From the NCBI GenBank assembly GCA_037446635.1, contig JBBIIG010000005.1:32001-96000 (forward strand): a stretch of DNA of 64,000 nt, written 5' to 3'. A program made the position numbers and the translations under genes. This stretch comes from a bacterium (GTDB lineage Bacteria > Zhuqueibacterota > Zhuqueibacteria > Oceanimicrobiales > Oceanimicrobiaceae). Positions within the stretch are counted from its first letter, which is position 1; every line of letters begins with the position of its first letter. Below, piece after piece: positions 37,666 to 47,583 of the stretch. Under the pieces are notes generated by a model. That model saw only the letters and a program-made list of their open reading frames with translations, was not told the origin of the DNA and made no database searches.

Positions 37666-38742
37666 ATGTTAGCCAAACTAATTTTAGAAGACGGCTCCGT
37701 ATTTCACGGTGAGGCGTTCGGCAGTCCGACCTCCGTTGCCGGCGAAGTGATTTTCAACACCGGCATGGTAGGGTATCCGGAGTCGTTCACCGACCCGTCG
37801 TACGCGGGGCAGATCCTGATTTTGACCTATCCTTTGATCGGCAACTACGGCGTGCCGTGCCCCCTGCCTGCGCAGGCAGGCGAAAATAATCTTGACATTC
37901 TGAAAACCGACTTCGAGTCCGAGCGCATTCACATTGCGGGACTGGTGGTGTCGGAATACTCGCGCGATTTCAGCCACTGGAGCGGCCACTCCAACCTCGA
38001 CGCGTGGCTGAAGGCCAATCACATTCCCGCCATCAGCGGCCTCGACACCCGTTTGCTCACGCAGAAACTGCGCGAGCGCGGCAGCATGTTGGGCAAGATT
38101 GTGGTGCACGAAAAGGATTTGCCGTTTTACGACCCCAATCTCGAAAACTTGGTGGCGCGCGTGGCGCAGAAAAAGTCGGCGGAATACGGCACAGGCAAGA
38201 AACGTGTGCTGCTCATCGACTGCGGCTGCAAGTACAACATCGTGCGCTCGCTGCTGCGGCGCAATGTCGCGGTGCGCACGGTGCCGTGGGACTGGGACAT
38301 CTCCAAAGAGCAGTACGACGGCATCGTCATCTCCAACGGGCCGGGCGATCCGAAAACGGTGGCGGCCACGGTGCGCAGGGTTCGCGAGGCGTATCAGCAG
38401 GACAAGCCGATGTTCGGAATTTGTCTCGGCAGTCAGATCATGGCGCTGGCGGCCGGCGCGGATACCTACAAACTCAAGTACGGACATCACAGTCAGAATC
38501 AGCCGTGCGTGCTGGTGGGCAGCAAACGCTGTTTCATCACCTCGCAAAATCACGGTTACGCCGTAGACGAACGCTCGCTGCCGCCGGACTGGGAGCCGTG
38601 GTTTTTCAACGCTAATGACGGGAGCAACGAGGGCATTCGCCACCGCACGAAGCCGTTCCGCGCGGTGCAGTTTCATCCGGAGGCCTCGCCGGGTCCGCTG
38701 GATACGGGGTTTCTGTTTGATGAATTTGTAGAAAAGCTTTAA
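37666..38742 (+). CDS. carA: Carbamoyl-phosphate synthase small subunit
   Basis: GEVIFNTGMVGYPESFTDPSY, SNGPGDP, GICLG, SQNHGY, QFHPE. Confidence 0.96.
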   Translation: MLAKLILEDGSVFHGEAFGSPTSVAGEVIFNTGMVGYPESFTDPSYAGQILILTYPLIGNYGVPCPLPAQAGENNLDILKTDFESERIHIAGLVVSEYSRDFSHWSGHSNLDAWLKANHIPAISGLDTRLLTQKLRERGSMLGKIVVHEKDLPFYDPNLENLVARVAQKKSAEYGTGKKRVLLIDCGCKYNIVRSLLRRNVAVRTVPWDWDISKEQYDGIVISNGPGDPKTVAATVRRVREAYQQDKPMFGICLGSQIMALAAGADTYKLKYGHHSQNQPCVLVGSKRCFITSQNHGYAVDERSLPPDWEPWFFNANDGSNEGIRHRTKPFRAVQFHPEASPGPLDTGFLFDEFVEKL

Positions 38743-38862
38743 TCACGAATGACACAGATGGGCACGAATTTTTTGGTGAATCTTGCATGAATGGATCCAA
38801 CACAGTCTCTGACTGTGTTTAAAATTTCCTGTGGAAGGCTTGAACCACGAATGTCTCGAATT
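38741..38862. repeat. CACGAAT-type arms and AACACAGTC hairpin (38794-38820)
   Basis: AATCACGAATGACACAGATGGGCACGAATT; GATCCAACACAGTCTCTGACTGTGTTT; AACCACGAATGTCTCGAATT. Confidence 0.65.
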
Positions 38863-38928
38863 TTTTTAGAAGTGAGCTTGCAACTGACAAGATATTTGCT
38901 ACCTTGAGTACGCTTTAGCAAAGGAGGG

Positions 38929-40134
38929 TTAAGCCGCGGCTAATTCATATTCAAATTTTTCCGTCAACCGACTTCTGAATTTGTAAAAGCATTCCGCCTG
39001 ATTTTTGATAAGCTTCTCCAATACGCCTTCCGCCTCCGCCGATTCCTTCAACAAGGTCATCAGCCGTCCAGTATAAAGCGATTCCAACCCCTTGATCAGC
39101 TCGTCCTTGCTTTCGATTTTTTCATAATGATAGAAAATTTCATAAAGAATTTGCATCCACATTTGCGAATCGATGGCAACGCTTTGGCGATCATACATCT
39201 CGCAAAGTGCGGGCATGAGCTCTGGGCTGAGCGCCGTTTTTAGAAACGGGCGACTGCGGTGAAATTCTCTCAGCGCCGCCTCCGCCCGGCCGTTGACATG
39301 AAGCGCGCTGGCGAAGTTTCTGGAGGGCGATTCGCCAAAGATTTTAAACTCATTGACATCCACCGGCGACAACCAACGTGCTTTATGAGCGAGCAGCTCA
39401 TCAAACAGAACGCTCACGACTTGTTTGAAGAGGTTAAAATGTTCAGCAGAATACTTTTTGTGTTTCGGCCCCAGCGCCGTCTGGCAGCATTCGAAATTTC
39501 CTAACAAAGCGTGCAGCGTCATAAAAATATCCACGCCGTCTTGTTGGGCGGCTGCGCTCCAGTTCAGGGAAAGATAATATTGCGCCAGCTCCGACGAGAT
39601 CGCCATCTCGCCGCCGATGGGGTAGCGAATGCGCTTGCCCAATAGGCCATAAATGAACGGGTAACAAATATGACTGCCCAGGTTTTCATCGCCATCGATG
39701 CGGGAGTAAAGCGGAGCGACGAAATCGTAGCCGTAAAGAATGGGCGCGGCGAGGTCGCGGATCCATTCCGGCGTGACGCTTGCATGATTTGGATCGATAA
39801 CCACCGCAGCGCGCGCATTCAGCCGAACCATTTCCTGCAACAAAAAATAAATCGCTTGCCCGCGGCCGGCGAGCGCGGGTTTGGAAATAGTTATGACGGG
39901 AACGCCATCGGCTGTTTGTAGATTGGGTCGTCCATTTTGAGAGGGGGATTCGATTTTTACAATCGCGGCTATGAAATCCGGGAAGTGGTCCCGCAATCCT
40001 TTGCTAATCTGACTGATGATCTCGGGCAATATCTTCGCCTCGCGTTGGGGCGGAATTCCGACAATGAGATCGGCGTTTATTAAACCTGCTGGATTAAATC
40101 GGTACATCCAGGCCTCCTCGAGGTGCGTGTTCAT
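38929..40134 (-). CDS. Glucosylglycerate/mannosylglycerate-synthase-like GT-A protein with degenerate motifs
   Basis: ADLIVGIP, SVTPEWIRDL..P, YDFVAPLY.R, IRYPIGGE, GVDIFMT, LGPK. Confidence 0.7.
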   Translation of the reverse strand: MNTHLEEAWMYRFNPAGLINADLIVGIPPQREAKILPEIISQISKGLRDHFPDFIAAIVKIESPSQNGRPNLQTADGVPVITISKPALAGRGQAIYFLLQEMVRLNARAAVVIDPNHASVTPEWIRDLAAPILYGYDFVAPLYSRIDGDENLGSHICYPFIYGLLGKRIRYPIGGEMAISSELAQYYLSLNWSAAAQQDGVDIFMTLHALLGNFECCQTALGPKHKKYSAEHFNLFKQVVSVLFDELLAHKARWLSPVDVNEFKIFGESPSRNFASALHVNGRAEAALREFHRSRPFLKTALSPELMPALCEMYDRQSVAIDSQMWMQILYEIFYHYEKIESKDELIKGLESLYTGRLMTLLKESAEAEGVLEKLIKNQAECFYKFRSRLTEKFEYELAAA

Positions 40135-40399
40135 ACGTAGCGATTTTTGACAATCCCGATATTAACAATTCCTGTGCCAGCCAGTCTTTTCATCAACCCG
40201 AATCCGGCGCGAAATAAGTAGTTGTTTTCAAAGCAATTTTTTTTCCAACGAGTTTGTTGATTTTTGTTGAAGGCGCTCAACTGCGTTTTCCCGCGAACAG
40301 GTGTTTCACAGCGAGGCAAGGGAATCGACACCGGAAATTTTTCTTGGAATTCTCACGGTAATTGGATATTTTGAATAGCATTTTACTCGAGGTAATTTC

Positions 40400-40741
40400 A
40401 TGTCGAAAGAAGTAGTTATATTCATTACCGCCGGTTCGCAGGCAGAAGCTGAAAAAATTGCACGCCGCCTGGTGGAAGAAAAATTCGCGGCCTGTGTGAA
40501 TATCATCCCCGGCGCTGTTTCAGTGTTTCGCTGGGAGGGGAAAGTGAATCAGGAAAATGAAGTTTTGCTTATTGTCAAGTCGGTGGCGGAGTTGTTGGAA
40601 AAGGTGGTTGATCGGGTGAAGCAGCTCCACAGTTATCAGGTTCCGGAGGTTATCGCGCTGCCCATCATTGGCGGCGCGCCGGATTATCTAAAATGGCTGC
40701 GGGAAGAATCCAGCGTTGGCCGCGCTGGCAATCAGGAATAA
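40400..40741 (+). CDS. cutA: Divalent-cation tolerance protein CutA
   Basis: LVEEKFAACVNI, WEGKV, HSYQVPEVIALP, YLKW. Confidence 0.95.
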   Translation: MSKEVVIFITAGSQAEAEKIARRLVEEKFAACVNIIPGAVSVFRWEGKVNQENEVLLIVKSVAELLEKVVDRVKQLHSYQVPEVIALPIIGGAPDYLKWLREESSVGRAGNQE

Positions 40742-40813
40742 CCCGAGAGGCGTACTGTATATTTTTGGAATGAAAAGACGACGAAACTGGTCAAACGTTG
40801 GAGAAGTAGTTTT

Positions 40814-41566
40814 TTGGAACTGATCATCCTTGGCAGCGGGGTTGCGGTCATTCAGGCGCGGCGGGGGCCCTCCGGTTATATTTTGAGAAACCAAGACGAG
40901 TTATATCTACTCGACGGCGGCAGCGGCGCCTTGCGCCAAGCTGCTGAGGTTGGAATTTCTTATCGGGAGATCGACAAAATTTTTTACACGCATTTGCACC
41001 CCGATCACACCATTGATTTGGTGCCGTTTTTATTTGCCACCAAGCACACCCCTGGTTTTATTCGGACTGCGCCGCTGGAAATTTACGGGCCACTGGGATT
41101 TACGGAATTTTACCAGCGCTTCACGGAGTTGTTCAGCCGCCGCATGTTGGAAGCGGAATACCAAATCACCGTAATTGAATTGGGCGCGCGGCACGTGCCG
41201 TTTCCCAATTGGCAGTTGCGGAGCGAGCGGATGCTGCACAGCCACAATGCCATCGGTTATCGATTCGAATCCGGCGGAAAAATTTTTGTCTATTCTGGCG
41301 ACACCGACTACTGCGATGGCATTATCCAACTCGCAAACCATGCCGACGTTTTGCTATTGGAATGTTCGTTCCCGGATCGCCTGAAAGTGAAAGGCCATTT
41401 GACGCCGAGCGAAAGCGGGAAGATCGCTGCGGCCGCCGGCGTTAAAAAATTAATTCTGACGCATTTTTATCCGCCCTGCGATGAGGAAGATATGATATCT
41501 CCTTGCCGCAAATTTTTTGATGGCGAGATCGTGTTGGCTGAAGATTTGATGAAAATAAAAATTTAG
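40814..41566 (+). CDS. Metallo-beta-lactamase fold hydrolase, RNase Z/BN-like
   Basis: ILGSG, THLHPDH, YSGDT, HLTP, LTHFYP. Confidence 0.88.
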   Translation: MELIILGSGVAVIQARRGPSGYILRNQDELYLLDGGSGALRQAAEVGISYREIDKIFYTHLHPDHTIDLVPFLFATKHTPGFIRTAPLEIYGPLGFTEFYQRFTELFSRRMLEAEYQITVIELGARHVPFPNWQLRSERMLHSHNAIGYRFESGGKIFVYSGDTDYCDGIIQLANHADVLLLECSFPDRLKVKGHLTPSESGKIAAAAGVKKLILTHFYPPCDEEDMISPCRKFFDGEIVLAEDLMKIKI

Positions 41567-41567
41567 C

Positions 41568-42473
41568 GTGGCGATGCTTTTAAAAATGAAAAATACCGCC
41601 TACAGAAATTCCGTTGTGGTTTCATTTGTCCTGCATCTGCTGTTGCTGGCAATTTGGGCCAGCGCCATTGATTTGAAATTTTTGGCGAGGGAAGCGCCGC
41701 CAGCGAAACCGCCGGAACCGCCGCTGGTGTTCGATTTGCAAGAACAAAAGCGCCCGCGTGAAGTAATCGAAACGCCGGAAGACGCCAAAGTGGATGAGCT
41801 GCAAAGGGACGCCGAGCTGGCGTCGGATAAAAACGCCCTCGCGCGCAACCACGAAAACCATTCCCAACTGCCGATCGGCGATCCCTTTTCACGGGGCGAG
41901 GTTGAGTTTCGCGAGCTGCCGCAAAATCCAGTTCCGCCCGGAGAACCGGGCGCGCCGGCGCGCGAACAAAAAGAGCGTGAGCAGGAAAACCGCCATTCCG
42001 AAACCGAGCCCTTTGCCAGCCAGCAGTTTGAGAAATTCACCCGCGAGTATCTTACTCAGCCAAAGACGACCGCCAACCCCGGCGCCCAGGCCAGCCCGCC
42101 GCGCCCGCGGTACGACAACTCCGATACCCAGGCCTTGGAAAAAGGCGCGATTTCTTTTAACACCTACGAGTGGAATTTTGCGCCCTATATGCTGGCGCTG
42201 AAGAAGAGGGTGGAGGGGAATATTTTTCCGCCGCCGGCGTTCACTTACATGGGCATCATCAGCGGGGAGACGCTGCTGAGATTTAAAATTTATCCCAACG
42301 GCGAGCTGCGCGATTTAACCCTGTTAACGTACGAGGGCCATGAAACGTTGATGCAAACCAGCCTGCGCGCCATCGAAATCTCGGCGCCGTTTCCGCCGCT
42401 GCCGGCAGATTTTCCGGAAGCCTATTTAGAGGTTACGGCCAAGTTCCATTATAGCGTTTTAAATCGCCATTAA
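41568..42473 (+). CDS. TonB/TolA-like energy transducer
   Basis: N-terminal TM S..LH, Pro-rich linker, C-terminal APFPPLP domain; precedes exbB/exbD. Confidence 0.8.
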   Translation: MAMLLKMKNTAYRNSVVVSFVLHLLLLAIWASAIDLKFLAREAPPAKPPEPPLVFDLQEQKRPREVIETPEDAKVDELQRDAELASDKNALARNHENHSQLPIGDPFSRGEVEFRELPQNPVPPGEPGAPAREQKEREQENRHSETEPFASQQFEKFTREYLTQPKTTANPGAQASPPRPRYDNSDTQALEKGAISFNTYEWNFAPYMLALKKRVEGNIFPPPAFTYMGIISGETLLRFKIYPNGELRDLTLLTYEGHETLMQTSLRAIEISAPFPPLPADFPEAYLEVTAKFHYSVLNRH

Positions 42474-42487
42474 AGGAAAGGATAGAC

Positions 42488-43129
42488 ATGCAAGAAGTTT
42501 GGCAATTTTTAGTAAAAGGCGGCATCACCATGATCCCGCTGGGGCTGTGCTCGATTTTGGGGCTGGCGGTGGTTATCGAAAAATCGTTTTCTCTGCGGCG
42601 CAAAAAGGTGATTGTGCCGGAGATCGTCAATGTTTTGGAAAATATTCGCGGCCCGCAGGACGTTGGCCTGGCGTTATCCATTTGTGAAAAACACGAAGGC
42701 CCGTTTGCGAATATTATCCGCGCGGGACTTGAAAACCGCAATCTCCCAAAGGATGAGATCAAAGAAGCGTTGGTGGATCAAGGCCGCCAGGAAGTGCGCA
42801 CATTGGAGCGCGGTCTGGTGATGTTGGAGACCATCGCCGGCATTGGGCCGTTGCTGGGGTTGTTCGGCACGGTGCTGGGAATTTTCAAAGTGTTCAATGT
42901 CATCAGCGCGTTGGGCGTGGGCCAAGCGCAGGCGTTCTCCGCCGGACTTTCAGAGGCGATCATCACCACCATCGTGGGTTTAGCCATCGGCATTCCCGCG
43001 GTGGTGTTTTTCAACTATTTCACCAACAAGGCCGAGAATCTTATTTTGGAAATTGAAAAGTATTCATCGGCGCTGGTGAAGAAAGTGGCTGCGTTCAAAG
43101 CCAATTACGAGGCAGCCGATGCAATTTAA
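42488..43129 (+). CDS. exbB: MotA/TolQ/ExbB proton channel protein
   Basis: PLLGLFGTVLG, GLSEAIITT..GLAIGIPA. Confidence 0.9.
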   Translation: MQEVWQFLVKGGITMIPLGLCSILGLAVVIEKSFSLRRKKVIVPEIVNVLENIRGPQDVGLALSICEKHEGPFANIIRAGLENRNLPKDEIKEALVDQGRQEVRTLERGLVMLETIAGIGPLLGLFGTVLGIFKVFNVISALGVGQAQAFSAGLSEAIITTIVGLAIGIPAVVFFNYFTNKAENLILEIEKYSSALVKKVAAFKANYEAADAI

Positions 43130-43526
43130 GACGACTCAAAAGCGCAAGGTTCTGCTCAACATCACCTCGATGATCGACGTGCTGTTTTTGCTGCTGATTT
43201 TTTTTATGGTTTCCACGACGTTTTTGGAGCAACCCGGCATAAAATTAGAACTGCCGCACGCCAAGAGCGCGGTGGTCTCGGAACAGAAGGACTACACCTT
43301 GTTCGTTGCAAAAGACGGCAAGATGTTTCTCAATGAGAACGAAGTGGTGATGGAAAATTTAGGCGAAAGGCTCAAAGCCGCGCTGCCCAATATGAAGGAA
43401 GCCTCACTGATTTTGAAAGCGGATCAGGACGTGGCGCACGGCATCGTGGTGCGGGTGATGGATATCGCCAAACAGAGCGGCGTGAAAAAGTTGATTATCG
43501 GCACCAAGCTGGAGGAATCGCCATGA
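43119..43526 (+). CDS. exbD: Biopolymer transporter ExbD/TolR
   Basis: NITSMIDVLFLLLIFFMV, LKADQ..HG.VVRVMD. Confidence 0.92.
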   Translation: MQFKTTQKRKVLLNITSMIDVLFLLLIFFMVSTTFLEQPGIKLELPHAKSAVVSEQKDYTLFVAKDGKMFLNENEVVMENLGERLKAALPNMKEASLILKADQDVAHGIVVRVMDIAKQSGVKKLIIGTKLEESP

Positions 43527-43534
43527 AATTTTAT

Positions 43535-43563
43535 TTGACAATCTTTGATAAATCGAGTATTTT
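43535..43563 (+). promoter_or_regulatory. Sigma70-like promoter
   Basis: TTGACA-17 nt-TATTTT. Confidence 0.55.
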
Positions 43564-43592
43564 GGGCTGTAGTTAATCACTGGAAAAGATTC

Positions 43593-43937
43593 ATGGCAAA
43601 CATCACAGTAGATGAATCCCGTCTCGAAGAGCTCATCGAAAAGGCGGTCGAAAAGCATCTCAAGTTGAAATTTGAGGATATGGAAGAGGTGCGTCGATCT
43701 CCAGCTGCCGCAATTGTCCGCTTAGAAACACGTCTGGATGACATTGAAAAGGTTATGGCAACTAAGGCAGATATAGGTAATTTAAGGTCTGAACTTAATG
43801 ACCGTATTGGCAATGTCGAGAAGACGCTTGTTGAACGCATCAGCCGCTTAGAGTCGAGCAATAAATTCATTATAGCCATGCCTCTGTCTATCTTTGGCGC
43901 GGTGGTGGCGACTCTTGTAAAACTCTTTTTTCTGTAG
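43593..43937 (+). CDS. Coiled-coil protein with C-terminal TM anchor (DUF1640/CCDC90-like)
   Basis: MATKADI..LRSEL motif, hydrophobic C-terminus. Confidence 0.7.
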   Translation: MANITVDESRLEELIEKAVEKHLKLKFEDMEEVRRSPAAAIVRLETRLDDIEKVMATKADIGNLRSELNDRIGNVEKTLVERISRLESSNKFIIAMPLSIFGAVVATLVKLFFL

Positions 43938-43965
43938 ATCTTCATAATCTGGCGAAATTAATTTC

Positions 43966-43994
43966 TTGTATTTTGATCTTTTTGTTTGTATAAT
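43966..43994 (+). promoter_or_regulatory. Sigma70-like promoter of rpmB
   Basis: TTGTAT-17 nt-TATAAT. Confidence 0.65.
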
Positions 43995-44051
43995 GGCGTC
44001 GCCAATTTTTGAAAATAACCATTAAAGAGAAGAATAGAAGGGAGCTTGTAA

Positions 44052-44243
44052 ATGGCGAAGCGATGTGATATTTGCGGCAAAGGCCCGATGTGGGGTCACC
44101 GCGTCAGCCACGCGCACAATCTCAGCAAGCGTCGCTGGCTGCCAAATCTGAAGCAAATCCGCGCCAAAATTGACGGGCAAGTCCGCAGAATTAAAGTTTG
44201 CACCCAATGCCTCAAATCGGGAAAGGTGGTCAAGGCGATTTAG
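44052..44243 (+). CDS. rpmB: 50S ribosomal protein L28 (Cys-containing form)
   Basis: CDICGK, VSHAH, RRWLPNL, VCTQCLKSG. Confidence 0.97.
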   Translation: MAKRCDICGKGPMWGHRVSHAHNLSKRRWLPNLKQIRAKIDGQVRRIKVCTQCLKSGKVVKAI

Positions 44244-44261
44244 AGTGCGTAGAATGGCAAG

Positions 44262-44293
44262 CAAAAAAGCCCCAGATAACTGGGGCTTTTTTG
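44262..44293. terminator. Bidirectional rho-independent terminator between rpmB and ftsZ
   Basis: AAAAAAGCCCCAG-ATAA-CTGGGGCTTTTTT. Confidence 0.9.
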
Positions 44294-44319
44294 TTGTTAG
44301 GCGGAGTTCTTTTCGCCTT

Positions 44320-45483
44320 TTAGTCCACCCGTCTTCTCAAATAAGCTGGCACTTCCAGATCTTCATTTTTTATTGTTTCGATTTTTTCTGGTTTAACTTC
44401 TTTGGCGGCGCCATTTCCGCTCAAGCGTTTAAAAGTCGGCACCTCCAGGTCGGACATGTATAAATCCGCGGTCTCGAGGTAGCGCTTGCGGTTGCCGTTG
44501 AGGGCGCTGAATTTGCCGTTGCGGTTGAAGCCGGTGGCGATCACCGTCACCTGCAGCTCTTTTTCCATGTGAGGATCGATGACCGCGCCAAAAATAATAT
44601 TGGCTTCGCCGCCGGCCGCCTCGGAGATAACCGAGGTGGCGTCGTTCACTTCGTGCAGCGTCATGTTGTCGCCGCCGGTGACATTCACCAGCACCCCTAG
44701 CGCGCCTTCGATGGACACATCCTCCAGCAGGGGGCTGGAGATGGCCTGGTGCGCTGCTTCCGTGGCGCGGTTTTCGCCGGAGGCCATTCCCGAGCCCATG
44801 AGCGCGTCACCCATCTCCGACATCACGGTGCGCACGTCCGCAAAATCTAAATTGATCAACCCCGGAATGCCGATGAGATCGGAGATGCCTTTGGTGGCCT
44901 GCAGCAAAACGTCGTCGGCAATTTTGAAGGCAGCGTTGAGCGGCGTATCTTTTGGAACCACCGAGAGCAGCCGTTGATTGGGAATAATGATCAACGTGTC
45001 CACGCGATCTTTCAATTCCAGGATGCCTTCTTCCGCGCGCTTGATTCGTTTTTGTCCTTCGAATAAAAACGGCTTGGTCACAATGCCCACCGTCAACGCG
45101 CCGATGTCTTTGGCGATCTCCGCGACAATCGGCGCGGCGCCGGTGCCGGTGCCGCCGCCCATGCCGGCGGTGACGAAAATCATATCGGCATCGGAGAGCG
45201 CCTCCCACACCGCCTCGCGATCTTCCTCAATGGCTTTGCGGCCAATTTCCGGATTGGCGCCAGCGCCTAACCCTTTGGTGAGCGACCGCCCGATTTGAAT
45301 GCGGTTAGCGGCCTTGCAAACTTCCAGCGCCTGCAAGTCGGTGTTCACCGCCAAAAACTCTACGCCGCTGAGCTTCGCCGCGATCATGCGGTTGATGGCG
45401 TTGCAGCCCGCGCCGCCCACACCCACCACTTTCATTTTTGCGGTTGGGATGTAGTTTTCGTCAAAAGCAAATCTGAGGTTCAT
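44320..45483 (-). CDS. ftsZ: Cell division protein FtsZ
   Basis: [17 protein letters not shown]-terminal LEVPAYLRR. Confidence 0.98.
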   Translation of the reverse strand: MNLRFAFDENYIPTAKMKVVGVGGAGCNAINRMIAAKLSGVEFLAVNTDLQALEVCKAANRIQIGRSLTKGLGAGANPEIGRKAIEEDREAVWEALSDADMIFVTAGMGGGTGTGAAPIVAEIAKDIGALTVGIVTKPFLFEGQKRIKRAEEGILELKDRVDTLIIIPNQRLLSVVPKDTPLNAAFKIADDVLLQATKGISDLIGIPGLINLDFADVRTVMSEMGDALMGSGMASGENRATEAAHQAISSPLLEDVSIEGALGVLVNVTGGDNMTLHEVNDATSVISEAAGGEANIIFGAVIDPHMEKELQVTVIATGFNRNGKFSALNGNRKRYLETADLYMSDLEVPTFKRLSGNGAAKEVKPEKIETIKNEDLEVPAYLRRRVD

Positions 45484-45504
45484 GGTTGTGCTCCTGAATT
45501 TGTT

Positions 45505-46764
45505 TTACATGATCACGTTATGGTGATTATAGCGGTGAATCCCGCTGAACCAACGCCGCATACGCCCTATCACCCAGTGGAACATGCCCTGTTCGTCGTT
45601 GCCAAAAAGATCGCCCACATCGTATTTGTGATTGATGCCGTAATGTACCAGGCCGACGCCGGTGGCGTGAATGGGGCTTTTCACGAGATCGGTCAGGCCA
45701 TTGAAGCCATCGGGCACCCCTAACCGCACCGGCATATCAAAAATTTCTTCGGCTAATTCCACGGTGCCTTTCAAAAGCGAGCCGCCGCCGGTCAACACCA
45801 ATCCGGAAGTCATCAAATGAATGTAATTTGATTTTTTGATTTCGCGGTGCGCCAGGCTGAGAATTTCCTCCATGCGCGGCTGGATGATGTCCACCAGATA
45901 CGCCTTTGAAACTCGGCGCGGCGAACGCCCGCTGATATCCGGCACCTCGATGTTCTCTTCGCGATCGTTCGGGGTGTGAATCGCCCAACCGTGTTGGATT
46001 TTAATCTGCTCGGCCTGATCCACCGGCGTGCGCAGCCCGATGGCGATATCATTGGTGACATTGCGGCCGCCGAGGCCAATTACTGCGGTGTGGCGAATGC
46101 AGCCCTCAAAAAACATCGCGATGTCGGTGGTGCCGCCGCCGAGATCCATCACGATCACACCCAGCTCCTTTTCATCATCTGAAAGCACCGCGTAGCTGGA
46201 GGCCAGCGGCTCCAGCACCAGGTCCATCACGTTGATGTTGGCGCGGCCGATGCTGCGGTAAATGTTTTGCGCCGACGTGATGGCCCCGGTGACGATGTGC
46301 ACCTCCGCCTCCAGCCGCACGCCGGACATGCCCACCGGGTCTTTGATGCCGTGTTGATCATCGACGGTGAATTCCTGCGGCAGGATGTGCAAAATTTCCC
46401 GGTCGATGGGCAGCGCCACCGCCTTGGCAGCGTCGATCACGCGCCGCACGTCGCCCTGCGAAATTTCATTGGTCTGGCCGGCCACTGCCACCACGCCGCG
46501 GCCGTTGATGCTGCGAATGTGATCGCCGGCGATGCCGGCAAACACCTCGTTCACTTGCACGCCCGCCATGCGTTCGGCGTTTTCCACCGCGGTCTGAATC
46601 GAGCGCACGGTTTTGTCGAGATTGACCACCACCCCGCGCCGCAGCCCGTCCGAGGGCGACGTGCCCACGCCGATGATGGTCGGCGGCAGCCCGTCGTTGA
46701 CTTCGGCAATGATGGCGCCAATCTTGGTGGTTCCAATATCAAGTCCGGTTATGTATTCTGGCAT
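45505..46764 (-). CDS. ftsA: Cell division protein FtsA
   Basis: GLDIGTTK, DLGGGTTD, VLTGGG. Confidence 0.97.
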   Translation of the reverse strand: MPEYITGLDIGTTKIGAIIAEVNDGLPPTIIGVGTSPSDGLRRGVVVNLDKTVRSIQTAVENAERMAGVQVNEVFAGIAGDHIRSINGRGVVAVAGQTNEISQGDVRRVIDAAKAVALPIDREILHILPQEFTVDDQHGIKDPVGMSGVRLEAEVHIVTGAITSAQNIYRSIGRANINVMDLVLEPLASSYAVLSDDEKELGVIVMDLGGGTTDIAMFFEGCIRHTAVIGLGGRNVTNDIAIGLRTPVDQAEQIKIQHGWAIHTPNDREENIEVPDISGRSPRRVSKAYLVDIIQPRMEEILSLAHREIKKSNYIHLMTSGLVLTGGGSLLKGTVELAEEIFDMPVRLGVPDGFNGLTDLVKSPIHATGVGLVHYGINHKYDVGDLFGNDEQGMFHWVIGRMRRWFSGIHRYNHHNVIM

Positions 46765-46797
46765 GTGCTTTCCTCCTCGGGAGGTTTGACTTCAAAA

Positions 46798-47574
46798 TTA
46801 CGACTTCCCAGTTGCTTTGACGACCACTTGTTGATTGAATCGCAAATCGCAATATTCGATATTGTCAATTTCGACGCGTGTTTCCAGGTAACTCCAAGTC
46901 TTCAAAAAGTTTTCGAGCCGATCCTCAAAGTCCTCGTTACCCACGACTATCTTTGTGTTGGTTGGCGATAAATAAAAATAGACTCCCTGATTTTGCGAGT
47001 ACGAGATTTTTGAAATGCGATCGTACAAGCTTGTGTGCCGGCTTTTCATAAAACCCAGAAAAACTAAAATGTTTTTTAGTTTCGGATTGGCATCGAGCGC
47101 GCCGGAATACTCCAGGTCGAAAATCCGCGGCAGGGTGGCGAAGGTTTTTGCTCTTAATTTAGTCAGCCGTTTCCCTTCGCCATCGATGGCCACACCGTCC
47201 AGCACGCCCAGCGGCTGCCGCTCAAAAATTGCGATGACGATGGAACCCGGCAAGCGGCGGCTCACCGTCGCGGCTTTGACGAGTTGATGCTGCTCGATTC
47301 GCGACTCCACCGCGCGGAGGTCGATATCAAACAGATGTTTTTCCGATTCAATTTTCGCCAGTTGCAAGATTTCCTTTGAGCCGACAAAATGATTGCCCAG
47401 GACTAAAATATTTTCGAGCACAAAGATCGGTTGACTTTTCGCCCAGTCCAGGCCAAACAAAAGCATGAGCACGCCGCTGGTCAGCCCGAAGAAAATGAAG
47501 CCAGCGCGGCGAAGCGAAAACGTTCTGGCGCCGCTGTCGGCAAAAGCCGCATTGTATTTTGAGTAGGTGAACAT
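46798..47574 (-). CDS. ftsQ: Cell division protein FtsQ/DivIB
   Basis: TM, POTRA-like region, YCDLRF; position upstream of ftsA. Confidence 0.88.
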   Translation of the reverse strand: MFTYSKYNAAFADSGARTFSLRRAGFIFFGLTSGVLMLLFGLDWAKSQPIFVLENILVLGNHFVGSKEILQLAKIESEKHLFDIDLRAVESRIEQHQLVKAATVSRRLPGSIVIAIFERQPLGVLDGVAIDGEGKRLTKLRAKTFATLPRIFDLEYSGALDANPKLKNILVFLGFMKSRHTSLYDRISKISYSQNQGVYFYLSPTNTKIVVGNEDFEDRLENFLKTWSYLETRVEIDNIEYCDLRFNQQVVVKATGKS

Positions 47575-47583
47575 GCGAATTCT

